Of a stretch of DNA of 64,000 nucleotides, positions 9,530-20,636 are shown piece by piece (position 1 is the stretch's first letter; each line of letters opens with the position of its first letter). Origin of the DNA: Planctomycetota bacterium. GTDB taxonomy: Bacteria > Planctomycetota > UBA1135 > UBA2386. Where the stretch lies: the NCBI GenBank assembly GCA_046290465.1, contig JBKAGP010000001.1:6304001-6368000 (forward strand), read 5' to 3'. The position numbers and the translations under genes were made by a program. The notes beneath the pieces were generated by a model, which searched no databases, was not told where the DNA came from, and saw only the letters and a program-made list of their open reading frames with translations.

Positions 9530-9628
9530 CAATCGCGGCGCGTGGTGCCGGTGCGCGCCCCGACGGCGCTTTCCGGCTACCGGTCCCAGACCGGCGCGCC
9601 GCCAGATCCAGAACACCATCCGTCCGTC

Positions 9629-12661
<3,033 letters not shown>

Positions 12662-12671
12662 TCGCCCCGAC

Positions 12672-14039
12672 ATGTCGGACCAGCATCGCGAACCGGCCGC
12701 CGAGCACCTCGGCCCGAGCATGCCGCTGCCTCGCAGCGGCGTGCGCGGCTGGCTGACGATGGGCCTCTACCAGCCGCTGTTCGCGTTCGCGTTCCTGCTC
12801 TACAGCCCGGTGCTGCTGTGGCGGCTCTTGTTCGCGCCCAAGGGCCAGCGCACCAGCATGCGCGAGCGCATGGGCTTCGTGCCGCCGCGCGCCGACGCGT
12901 CGCGGCCGTTGGTCTGGATCCACGGCGTCTCGGTCGGTGAGGTCAAGGCGGCGAGCAACTTCGTCGCCAAGCTGCGCGCGCAGCGGCCCGACGTCGACCT
13001 GGTGATCTCGACCACGACGCCCAACGGCAGGCTGGTCGCGCACCAGGAGTACCCGGACCTGCCGGTCGTCACCTACCCGCTGGACCTCGCCAACTTCCCG
13101 GCGCGGGCGCTGTCGCGGCTGCGGCCGCGCTGCGTGTTGCTGATGGAGCTCGAGATCTGGCCGAACTTCCTGCAGGCCGCCCGCAAGCGCGACATCCCGG
13201 TCGCGGTCATCAACGGCCGCATCAGCGAGCGCACCTTCAAGGGCTACCGGATGGCGCGCGGGCTGCTGCCGCAGCTGGACCTGATCAGCAAGTACTGCGT
13301 GCAGGACCTCGCCTACCAGCGGCGCCTGCTCGACCTCGGCGTCGACCGTTCGCGCGTGTTCGTGACCGGCAACATGAAGTACGACAGCGTCGTGATGGGG
13401 CAGCACCAGCAGGCCGCCGCCGAGCTGCGGCCGTGGCTCGCGCCGGCCGGCGAACGGGTGCTGGTGACCGGCTCGACCCACGACGACGAGGAGGCCTGCG
13501 TGCTGCAGGCGGTGGCGAAGATCCAGGCGCGCTGCGACCTCGCGGTGCGCACCGTGCTGGTGCCGCGCCACCCCGAGCGTTCGTCGTCGATCTGCGAAGT
13601 CGTGCAGCAGCGCGGCCTGCGCCCGGTGCGCTGGAGCGAGGTCCGGCAGGCGCCGCCGCCGCTGCAGCCCGAGGACGTCGTCGTGGTCGACACCATCGGC
13701 CAGCTGCAGCGCTTCTACGCCGCCTGCGACGTCGCGTTCGTCGGCGGCAGCCTGGTGCCGCACGGTGGCCAGAACATGCTCGAACCCGCGGCCCAGGGCC
13801 GCGCGGTGATCTTCGGCCCGCACACCACCAACTTCCGACGCGACGTCGAGCTGCTGCTGGCCGCCGACGCGGTGGTGCAGGTGCCCGACCGCGAGCGGTT
13901 CGTCGACGGCCTCGAACGGCTGCTGCGTGACGACGCGCTGTGTCGCGCCTACGGCGAACGGGCCCGCCGCGTGATCACCCAGAACCAGGGCGCGACCGCG
14001 CGCACGCTCGACCTCGTCGTCGATCTGGTCGGCGCCTGA
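12672..14039 (+). CDS. waaA: 3-deoxy-D-manno-octulosonic acid (Kdo) transferase
   Basis: WIHGVSVGE, ELEIWPN, INGRIS, TGNMKYD, GSTH, VPRHPER and FVGGSLVPHGGQNMLEPA motifs. Confidence 0.95.
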   Translation: MSDQHREPAAEHLGPSMPLPRSGVRGWLTMGLYQPLFAFAFLLYSPVLLWRLLFAPKGQRTSMRERMGFVPPRADASRPLVWIHGVSVGEVKAASNFVAKLRAQRPDVDLVISTTTPNGRLVAHQEYPDLPVVTYPLDLANFPARALSRLRPRCVLLMELEIWPNFLQAARKRDIPVAVINGRISERTFKGYRMARGLLPQLDLISKYCVQDLAYQRRLLDLGVDRSRVFVTGNMKYDSVVMGQHQQAAAELRPWLAPAGERVLVTGSTHDDEEACVLQAVAKIQARCDLAVRTVLVPRHPERSSSICEVVQQRGLRPVRWSEVRQAPPPLQPEDVVVVDTIGQLQRFYAACDVAFVGGSLVPHGGQNMLEPAAQGRAVIFGPHTTNFRRDVELLLAADAVVQVPDRERFVDGLERLLRDDALCRAYGERARRVITQNQGATARTLDLVVDLVGA

Positions 14040-14112
14040 GCCCGCGCGGGCGGCCGCCTCATTGGGCGGCGGCTCATTGAGCGGCCGGGGCCGTTTGGCT
14101 ACCGTCCTCGCG

Positions 14113-14613
14113 ATGAACTGTCCGTGCACCAGTGGTAAGCCGTTCGCCGAGTGCTGCGAGCCGATCCTGACGGGGGCCGAGAAGGCCAAGACGGCCGAGC
14201 AGCTGATGCGCTCGCGCTACACCGCCTATGCCACCGGCAACGTCGACTGGATCATCGAGACCCAGTCCGAGGACGGCCGCAAGTTCGTCGATCGCAAGGC
14301 CACCGAGGAGTGGTCGAAGCGCGCCGAGTGGCACCGGATGGAGGTGCTCGAGGTGCAGCAGGGCGGCGAGGACGACGACGAGGGCTTCGTCGACTTCAAG
14401 GCCTACTACACGCTCGGCGGCGAGGACATCACGCACCACGAGGTTGCCTCGTTCCGCAAGGAGGACGGCACCTGGTACTTCGTCGACGGCGTCGAGGTCA
14501 AGCCGCGGCCGTTCAAGCGCCTCGACAAGAAGGTCGGGCCCAACGAGAAGTGCCCGTGCGGCAGCGGCAAGAAGTTCAAGAAGTGCTGCGGCAAGCCCGG
14601 CGTGGCCAACTGA
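14113..14613 (+). CDS. ychJ: YchJ family SEC-C motif protein
   Basis: N-terminal CPCTSG....CCEP; TAEQLMRSRYTAY; HHEVASF...WYFVDG; C-terminal GPNEKCPCGSGKKFKKCC. Confidence 0.92.
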   Translation: MNCPCTSGKPFAECCEPILTGAEKAKTAEQLMRSRYTAYATGNVDWIIETQSEDGRKFVDRKATEEWSKRAEWHRMEVLEVQQGGEDDDEGFVDFKAYYTLGGEDITHHEVASFRKEDGTWYFVDGVEVKPRPFKRLDKKVGPNEKCPCGSGKKFKKCCGKPGVAN

Positions 14614-14614
14614 G

Positions 14615-14659
14615 CGCGTAGATCCGAGCGCGACCGCGTCGCTCGCGAGCCGCTACGCG
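14615..14659. terminator. Imperfect GC-rich hairpin between convergent genes
   Basis: Outer CGCGTAG/CTACGCG and inner CGAGCG(CG)AC/GTCGCTCG arms. No U-tract. Confidence 0.35.
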
Positions 14660-16488
14660 ATGACGAAGTAGCGGCCGTCCGGCGACTGCACCAGCGGATC
14701 GTTGCGCAGCAGGTCGGCCAGGCACTCGCGGAACGCCGACAGGTCGGGCCGCACGCGCAGCACGTCGTCGATGGTGACGACCTCGCCGAGTTGGCGCAGC
14801 GCCTGGCGGCCGGAGCGGGCCAGGATGCGCGGCAGCGCCAGGTCCTCGAGCGCGACGATGTTCGGCGCCAGCACCTCGAACGGGCCGTTGCGGCGCAGGA
14901 TGTCGGCGAGCAGTTCGGGCGACAGCCACTTGCCGCCGAGGTCGCTCTGGTCGACGAGGTCCTTGAGCGCCTCGGCCTGCGCGTAGCCGGCGCGCTTCTG
15001 CAGCTGCTCGAGCACCAGCTTGATCAGGCGCTGCATGCGCTCGGCGTTGAACGGGTAGTTGGTCAGCGTGTCGACGCGGTCCGGGCCGGCATCGACGAAC
15101 GCGCGGTTGTGCTCGAGCAGGCGCGTCACCAGGCGGCGCTGCGACGCCGGCTGGTTGGAGATGAACAGACCCTTGACGACGTCCCCGGCGGCGCGCCGGA
15201 AGGCCCGCTGCAGGCGCTTCATCACCGTCGACTGGGTCATGTCGGCGGCGCAGGCCTCGCCGCGGCCGAGCATGCGCACGCGCGGATCGCCGCGCAGCTG
15301 GTCGAGCACCAGCCAGGCGGTTTCGTCGTCGTGCTCGTCGCGCAGCAGGTCGACGATGTGCAGCCGGTGGTCGGACGTCGAGACCCGGCGCGCGGTCTGC
15401 TCGACCAGTTCGGCGAGGTCGGAAAGGCGCTGCTCGTGCCAGCGCCGCAGCGACCAGCGCTCCTCGCCCAGCCGCACGAACGCGCCGTCCTCGGTCAGGT
15501 GGCGCAGCAGCCGCGAGCGCGACGCGAACCGGAACCGTTCGCGGTAGGCGAACGTCAGGTCGCTCAGCGAGGTCGCCTGGCCCAGCTCGGTCAGGATCTC
15601 GAGCAGCCGGGCCGCCGGCTTCAGCGGATCGGGCACCGCGACCTCGCCGAGCTCGGCGTCGAGCTCGACCGCGGTGCGCAGCTCGGTGCGCAGGACGTGC
15701 ATCAGCACGCCGCGCGGCACGCTCGCCCCGCGCTGTTCGAGCTGCTGTTCGATCGAGTCGATCGGCATCGGCAGCAGGTGCTGCGGCGCCAGCGACGGCA
15801 GCGTGCGCAGCAGCTCGCGGAACACCCGCGGGGTCACGCCGTGCAGCGCGCCGCGGTGCAGGTGGCAGCGGTGCGGCAGGCAGAACGCCGCCAGCCGCAG
15901 GCCGAGCTCGGGGTCCTCGCACGCGTCGGCGAGCACCTGCACCAGCGATCCCCTGGCGGCGTGCGTCGGCAGCAGCACCCCGTCGAACGCCGAGAACTCG
16001 CGCTCGAGCTCGTCCTGCATGCGCGTCATCAGCGCCGCGCTGTGCTGCATCAGGGTCGCGCGGATCGCCTGCAGGCTGTCGTCGAGGGCGGTGTCGCCGA
16101 GCAGCTGCTGCAGCGCGTGCCGGGACTGCACCGGTTCGTCGATGCCGACCGCGGCGATCATCAGCCGGCGGTCGACGTCCTCGAGCGGGCCGAGCAGCTG
16201 CGCGCGCAGCGTCGGCCAGTCGTCGGTCGCCGACGACGCGAACTGTCGCAGGCTGTCGCCGAGCGCCCGGCCGAGCGCGTCGCGCAGGCGGGCGGCGTCG
16301 TCGTCGGTGAGCGCGTCCGGGGCGCCGTCGAGCGCATCGGCGACGGTCAGCAGACCACGGTCGCACAGCCGTTCGGCGAGTTCGTCGTCCAGCCGCAGCT
16401 GGACGAGCGGCAACTCGAGGAGCGCTGCGGGCAGCACGCGGGCGGCGTTGCCGGCCTCGGCAGCAGGGCTGTGCGGTCCGGTGCTCAT
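14653..16488 (-). CDS. Cytoplasmic protein with degenerate RNAP alphaCTD-like and sigma region-4-like segments plus tandem winged-helix (HARE-HTH-like) repeats
   Basis: LLELPLVQLRLDDELAERLCDRGLLTVADAL (alphaCTD-like); LGPLEDVDRRLMIAAVGIDEP (sigma4-like); ARLLEILTELGQATSLSDL...LTEDGAFVRLGEERWSL (HARE-HTH-like). ATGA overlap with the upstream gene. Confidence 0.55.
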   Translation of the reverse strand: MSTGPHSPAAEAGNAARVLPAALLELPLVQLRLDDELAERLCDRGLLTVADALDGAPDALTDDDAARLRDALGRALGDSLRQFASSATDDWPTLRAQLLGPLEDVDRRLMIAAVGIDEPVQSRHALQQLLGDTALDDSLQAIRATLMQHSAALMTRMQDELEREFSAFDGVLLPTHAARGSLVQVLADACEDPELGLRLAAFCLPHRCHLHRGALHGVTPRVFRELLRTLPSLAPQHLLPMPIDSIEQQLEQRGASVPRGVLMHVLRTELRTAVELDAELGEVAVPDPLKPAARLLEILTELGQATSLSDLTFAYRERFRFASRSRLLRHLTEDGAFVRLGEERWSLRRWHEQRLSDLAELVEQTARRVSTSDHRLHIVDLLRDEHDDETAWLVLDQLRGDPRVRMLGRGEACAADMTQSTVMKRLQRAFRRAAGDVVKGLFISNQPASQRRLVTRLLEHNRAFVDAGPDRVDTLTNYPFNAERMQRLIKLVLEQLQKRAGYAQAEALKDLVDQSDLGGKWLSPELLADILRRNGPFEVLAPNIVALEDLALPRILARSGRQALRQLGEVVTIDDVLRVRPDLSAFRECLADLLRNDPLVQSPDGRYFVIA

Positions 16489-17483
16489 CGACGTGGGCGG
16501 ATGTTCTTGAAGACCGGTCGGCGGTTGCGACGCTCGATCGCCATCTCGAGCACGACCTCGGGCACCATCGGCTGCAGCGCCGCCTGCGACACGCCGGCGG
16601 CGAGCAGGCCCTCGCACAGGTGCAGCTGCACCTGCGGGTGGTTGGGCCGCGTCAGCAGGTCGGTCATCGCGGCGTGCGCGAGGTGGGGCGGCAGGTCGAT
16701 CAGCAGCGTCGCGGCGCGCAGGTTGCCGCGGCGGGTCGCGCCGACGAACACCGGCATGCGCTCGGCGACCAGCGCCGGCGAGCAGCGCACCAGGGCCTTA
16801 CGCAGCAGGTCCGCCTGGTCGTTGCGGGTGGCGTTCATGTAGACCGGCAGCACCGCGTCGACCATCGACGCGTCGCCCAGGCGTGCGGCGATGTCGGCGA
16901 GCGCGGCGGTCTTGGTCGAGCCACGCTGCACCGACAGCAGCAGCGACGTGGCCACCGCGCTGCGTTCGGCGGGCGTCAACGACAGGTTGGGCAGCACCGC
17001 CAGGCTCAGCGCCGCGTCGTGCGCGATGCGCGGCTCGGCGTGCTCGAGGTTCTGCGCCAGCAGGTGGCCGAGCGCGTTGCTGGTGCTCGCCTGCAGCAGC
17101 TGTTCGGTGTGGGCCAGCAGCGCCGGGGTCGTGGGCAGCACGCCGCGGCCGCCGCCGAGCGTGTGCAGCACCGGGCCGACGCGCTTCAGGAACAGCACCC
17201 GTTCGTCGCCGGCCTGCAGCGCGAACAGGCTGCGGCCGCAGCAGCGGCCGGCCGGCTCGGTCAGCGTGAACGTCGCCCCGACCGCGCCCTTCAGCACCGC
17301 GTCGGCGCGCAGCGTCAGCTGGTGCCACTGCGGCGTCGGGTGCACGGACTGGGTCACGGTGGCGCGCACGACCAGGTCGGCGCGCTGCGCGAGCGTCGCG
17401 AGCGTGGTGGCCTGGTCCTGCGAAGGCAGGGCCTGGAGCAGCATGACCGCGAGCGCGCTCGCCTTGATCAGCGGATGGTTCAT
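16485..17483 (-). CDS. Secreted protein with an N-terminal TIMP/NTR-like beta domain and a C-terminal helical (HEAT-like) region
   Basis: Signal peptide; pattern LAQRADLVVRATV...VLKG...CCG...LQAGDERVLFL; amphipathic helical repeats; ATGA overlaps at both ends. Confidence 0.5.
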   Translation of the reverse strand: MNHPLIKASALAVMLLQALPSQDQATTLATLAQRADLVVRATVTQSVHPTPQWHQLTLRADAVLKGAVGATFTLTEPAGRCCGRSLFALQAGDERVLFLKRVGPVLHTLGGGRGVLPTTPALLAHTEQLLQASTSNALGHLLAQNLEHAEPRIAHDAALSLAVLPNLSLTPAERSAVATSLLLSVQRGSTKTAALADIAARLGDASMVDAVLPVYMNATRNDQADLLRKALVRCSPALVAERMPVFVGATRRGNLRAATLLIDLPPHLAHAAMTDLLTRPNHPQVQLHLCEGLLAAGVSQAALQPMVPEVVLEMAIERRNRRPVFKNIRPRR

Positions 17484-20467
17484 CGCAGCAGGATCCTCTG
17501 GCGCAGGTAGGCGAGGTCGATGTCGCGGAACTGGTAGTCCAGCGAGGTCATCGCCTCGTAGCCGACCGAGGGCGCCATCACCTCGGCCGCGCCGGCGAAC
17601 GTGTCGTGCAGCGAAGAGTCCCCGAACAGGCCGTTCGGCATCGCGCCGGGAGCGACCAGACCGACCGAATGGCCGACCTCGTGCGCCAGGATCACGCCGA
17701 TCACCGCCGCCCAGTCGTCCATCGCGGCCATCACCGTGTTCCAGCGGGCGCGCTCGGAGCCGCTGGCGGCGTCGTAGTCGAAGTCCGGCCGCAGCACGGC
17801 CGCGTCGAGCGGGTGGCTGCCGGCCGGCGTGCCGCCCATCTCCGGGCACAGCGGCAGGAACTTGCTGGCGAACACCGTCTGGAACGACGGATACACCTGC
17901 TGGTGGATGCGCGCCTGGTAGAGGAACATCTCCGACGGGAACACGCCGGTGCCCGGCGAGTTGCTGGTGTTGCGCTCGGCGACGTTGCCGTTGCGGTAGT
18001 CGTAGTAGGCGCGGCCCAGCACGCCGGTGCTCTCATCGCCGTAGGTGCGCGTGCGGTCGCCCTCCGGATCGAGGCCGCCGAGCGCCATCTGCATGTGCGG
18101 CAGCGAGATCGGTTCGAACGTCGAGAAGCGCAGCTGCACCGAGCCCGAGTCCAGCGGTTCGCCGCGCTGGCCGCGCTTGTAGAGCGCGTTGGCCTTCGCC
18201 AGGATGCCGTCGAGCACGACCGCCTCGAGCCACGCGTTGCTGCCGTTCGGATCGCCGTCGGTGGCGAAGCCGAGCCGCAGCATGTCGTCGGCGAAGTCCG
18301 GCCGGCCGTTGCTGTCGCGGTCGAGGTCGGTGCGGACCCAGACCACCTGCGTGCGCTCGAACGGCAGCGCGCCGCCCGATTCGTTGTCGACCTCGAACGC
18401 GATCACGTTGGACTGGCCGACGTTGCCGCTCAGGTCGCGGGCGCGCACCGTCATCGTCCAGCTGCCCGCCGACAGCGCCGCCGACTCCGGGACTTCGACG
18501 CTGACGGTGTTGTAGCCGACGTCGGCGACCGCCATCAGCGTCTCGGCGTCCGGGCCGAGGCCGCCGGCGAACTCGACCTGGACCGAACCCATGTCGACCC
18601 ACTGGCTCTGTGCGTCGCTGGTGCTGATGTCGATGGTCCAGCCGTACGGCGGCAGCACCAGGCCGCTGCGACGCGACTCGGGGATGCCGTTGATCGAGGC
18701 CGTCACCGACGGCGCGATGCCGTCGACCAGCGAGCTGGTGCGGAAGCGCGACAGGCGGTCGCTGTCGAACCAGTTGCCGGTCTTGCGGCGCGGGCCGGAG
18801 TTGCCGCCGACCACGCGCATCCGGTAGTAGGCGTTGCTGGCCAGGTTGGTGGCGGGCGAGAACGTCACCACGCGGTCGCTGCCGTCGACCGTCAGGTCGC
18901 CGGCCAGCGGGTTGCCGAAGTCGTCGGTGAACAGGATCGTCGAGGTGTTGAGCGTCGCCGGGTCCATCGGCGCGTCGAACACCACCGTCAGATCGGAGCC
19001 GACCGCGATCGAGACGGCGCCGTCGGGAGGCAGCAGGATCGCGTCGGGCAGTTCGCCGTCGGCCGAGGTCGTGAACGTGATCGTGACATCGGCGCCGGGC
19101 ACGTTGCCGGCGAGGTCGTGCAGGCCGTCCTGGCCGCCGCGCAGCCGCAGCGTGCACTCGGTGTCGGTCGGCAGCGTCAGCACCGGCGTGACCCGCACGG
19201 TGTCGGTCGAGACCCGTTCGACCACCGACGCCCAGACCTGGCCGTCGACCAGCAGCTGCACGGTCTCGGTGTCGATCCAGTCCTCGTCGAGGTCCTCGTC
19301 GAACTGCACCTCGGCGACCAGCACGCCGGGCACCCGCGTCTCGCCGGCCGCAGGAGAGCTGGCGACGACCACAGGCGCGGTCTGGTCGGTGCCGGTGGTG
19401 AAGGTCAGCGCCTGGGTCGCGCTCAGCTGGTTGCCGCTGACGTCGGTGGCCGCGGCGCCGCCGAGCAGGAACGCCAGCGTGTAGCCGCGGTTCTGCTGCA
19501 GCGTGACCGTCGGCCGCACCCGCAGCGTGCGCTGGTCGCGGGTCGCCTCGATCGCAAACGGCACGATGCTGCCGAACTCGTCCTGGAACAGCAGCGACGC
19601 CGCTTCGACCGTCGCCGGGTCCATCGACTCGTCGAACGTGAAGGTCGGCTGCACCAGCGGCGAGATGCCGGTCGCGTTGAGCGCCGGCCAGGCGGTCGCG
19701 ACGCTCGGCGCGTCGGCGTCGTCGGCGGTCGTGAACGTCGACTGGAACTGCGCCTGCAGACGGTTGCCGGCGCGGTCCTCGAGCGCGGTCGTCGCGATCA
19801 CGAAGAACTGTCGGTTGCCCGGCAGGTCCGCGTACGGGTCCATCACCACGGTCTGGTCGACGACCGTCGACGCGCACGGATAACGGCCGCCGAACACGTC
19901 GCGCAGGTAGAGCGTCTGGTCGGTGATCGACGCCTGCGCGATCACCTCGTCGAAGCTCAGCGTGAACTGGCCGGTGCGGCTGACGTTGCTCGCGTTGTTG
20001 GCGACGTCGAAGCCGGTCAGGGTCGGCGGCGTCTCGTCGAACGTGCGGAACGTGAACGTCGCGGTGGTGTCGAGGATGCGTCCGCTCTGGTCGGTGGTCA
20101 AAGCCGCCAGCTGGAACGTGTAGTCGGTCTCGTTCTTCAGCAGCTGGTCCGGCTGCACCGCGACGCGGCCGTTGGAGCCGGGCGTGAACGTCACCGGCAC
20201 CGCGAGCTGGGTCTCGGTCTCGCGCAGCCAGGTGTCTGGGTAGGCGAACGTCTCCATCGCCATGTTGGCGTCGAACTCGAGCTGCAGCACGACGTCGACG
20301 GGCACCTGCACGGCCTGGTCGGCCGGGCTGTGGGCGACCAGATTCACGACACCGAACGCAGAGCCGGCGTTGCCGCCAGAGCCCGAGTTGCCGCCGCCGC
20401 CGCCGCCGCTCCCGCAGGCGGCCAATCCGAGCAGCGCGATCGCCGCAAGTCTCGTCGTGTTCCCCAT
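17480..20467 (-). CDS. Lipoprotein with about 6 bacterial Ig-like (Big_5-type) domains and a C-terminal zincin metallopeptidase-like domain
   Basis: Lipobox LAAC then a Gly-rich linker; repeated P.....P...A..V.....F.E.MDP...D..GN...F.T units; HEVGHSVGL followed by VMAP. Confidence 0.8.
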   Translation of the reverse strand: MGNTTRLAAIALLGLAACGSGGGGGGNSGSGGNAGSAFGVVNLVAHSPADQAVQVPVDVVLQLEFDANMAMETFAYPDTWLRETETQLAVPVTFTPGSNGRVAVQPDQLLKNETDYTFQLAALTTDQSGRILDTTATFTFRTFDETPPTLTGFDVANNASNVSRTGQFTLSFDEVIAQASITDQTLYLRDVFGGRYPCASTVVDQTVVMDPYADLPGNRQFFVIATTALEDRAGNRLQAQFQSTFTTADDADAPSVATAWPALNATGISPLVQPTFTFDESMDPATVEAASLLFQDEFGSIVPFAIEATRDQRTLRVRPTVTLQQNRGYTLAFLLGGAAATDVSGNQLSATQALTFTTGTDQTAPVVVASSPAAGETRVPGVLVAEVQFDEDLDEDWIDTETVQLLVDGQVWASVVERVSTDTVRVTPVLTLPTDTECTLRLRGGQDGLHDLAGNVPGADVTITFTTSADGELPDAILLPPDGAVSIAVGSDLTVVFDAPMDPATLNTSTILFTDDFGNPLAGDLTVDGSDRVVTFSPATNLASNAYYRMRVVGGNSGPRRKTGNWFDSDRLSRFRTSSLVDGIAPSVTASINGIPESRRSGLVLPPYGWTIDISTSDAQSQWVDMGSVQVEFAGGLGPDAETLMAVADVGYNTVSVEVPESAALSAGSWTMTVRARDLSGNVGQSNVIAFEVDNESGGALPFERTQVVWVRTDLDRDSNGRPDFADDMLRLGFATDGDPNGSNAWLEAVVLDGILAKANALYKRGQRGEPLDSGSVQLRFSTFEPISLPHMQMALGGLDPEGDRTRTYGDESTGVLGRAYYDYRNGNVAERNTSNSPGTGVFPSEMFLYQARIHQQVYPSFQTVFASKFLPLCPEMGGTPAGSHPLDAAVLRPDFDYDAASGSERARWNTVMAAMDDWAAVIGVILAHEVGHSVGLVAPGAMPNGLFGDSSLHDTFAGAAEVMAPSVGYEAMTSLDYQFRDIDLAYLRQRILLR

Positions 20468-20636
20468 GTATCCCCTGTTGTGCAACCCTGGTGCAGGGGG
20501 CCTTTTCGACTTGATCCGGACCTCGTTTGAAGTCCCGGAACGAGTCTTCGCAGACCCTCGCTGGCAAGGGGGGACTGGCGCGGGGCTGCACAGCGCGAGC
20601 TTCGAACCGCCGACAATGTCGGCAGTCCGCGCCGGC

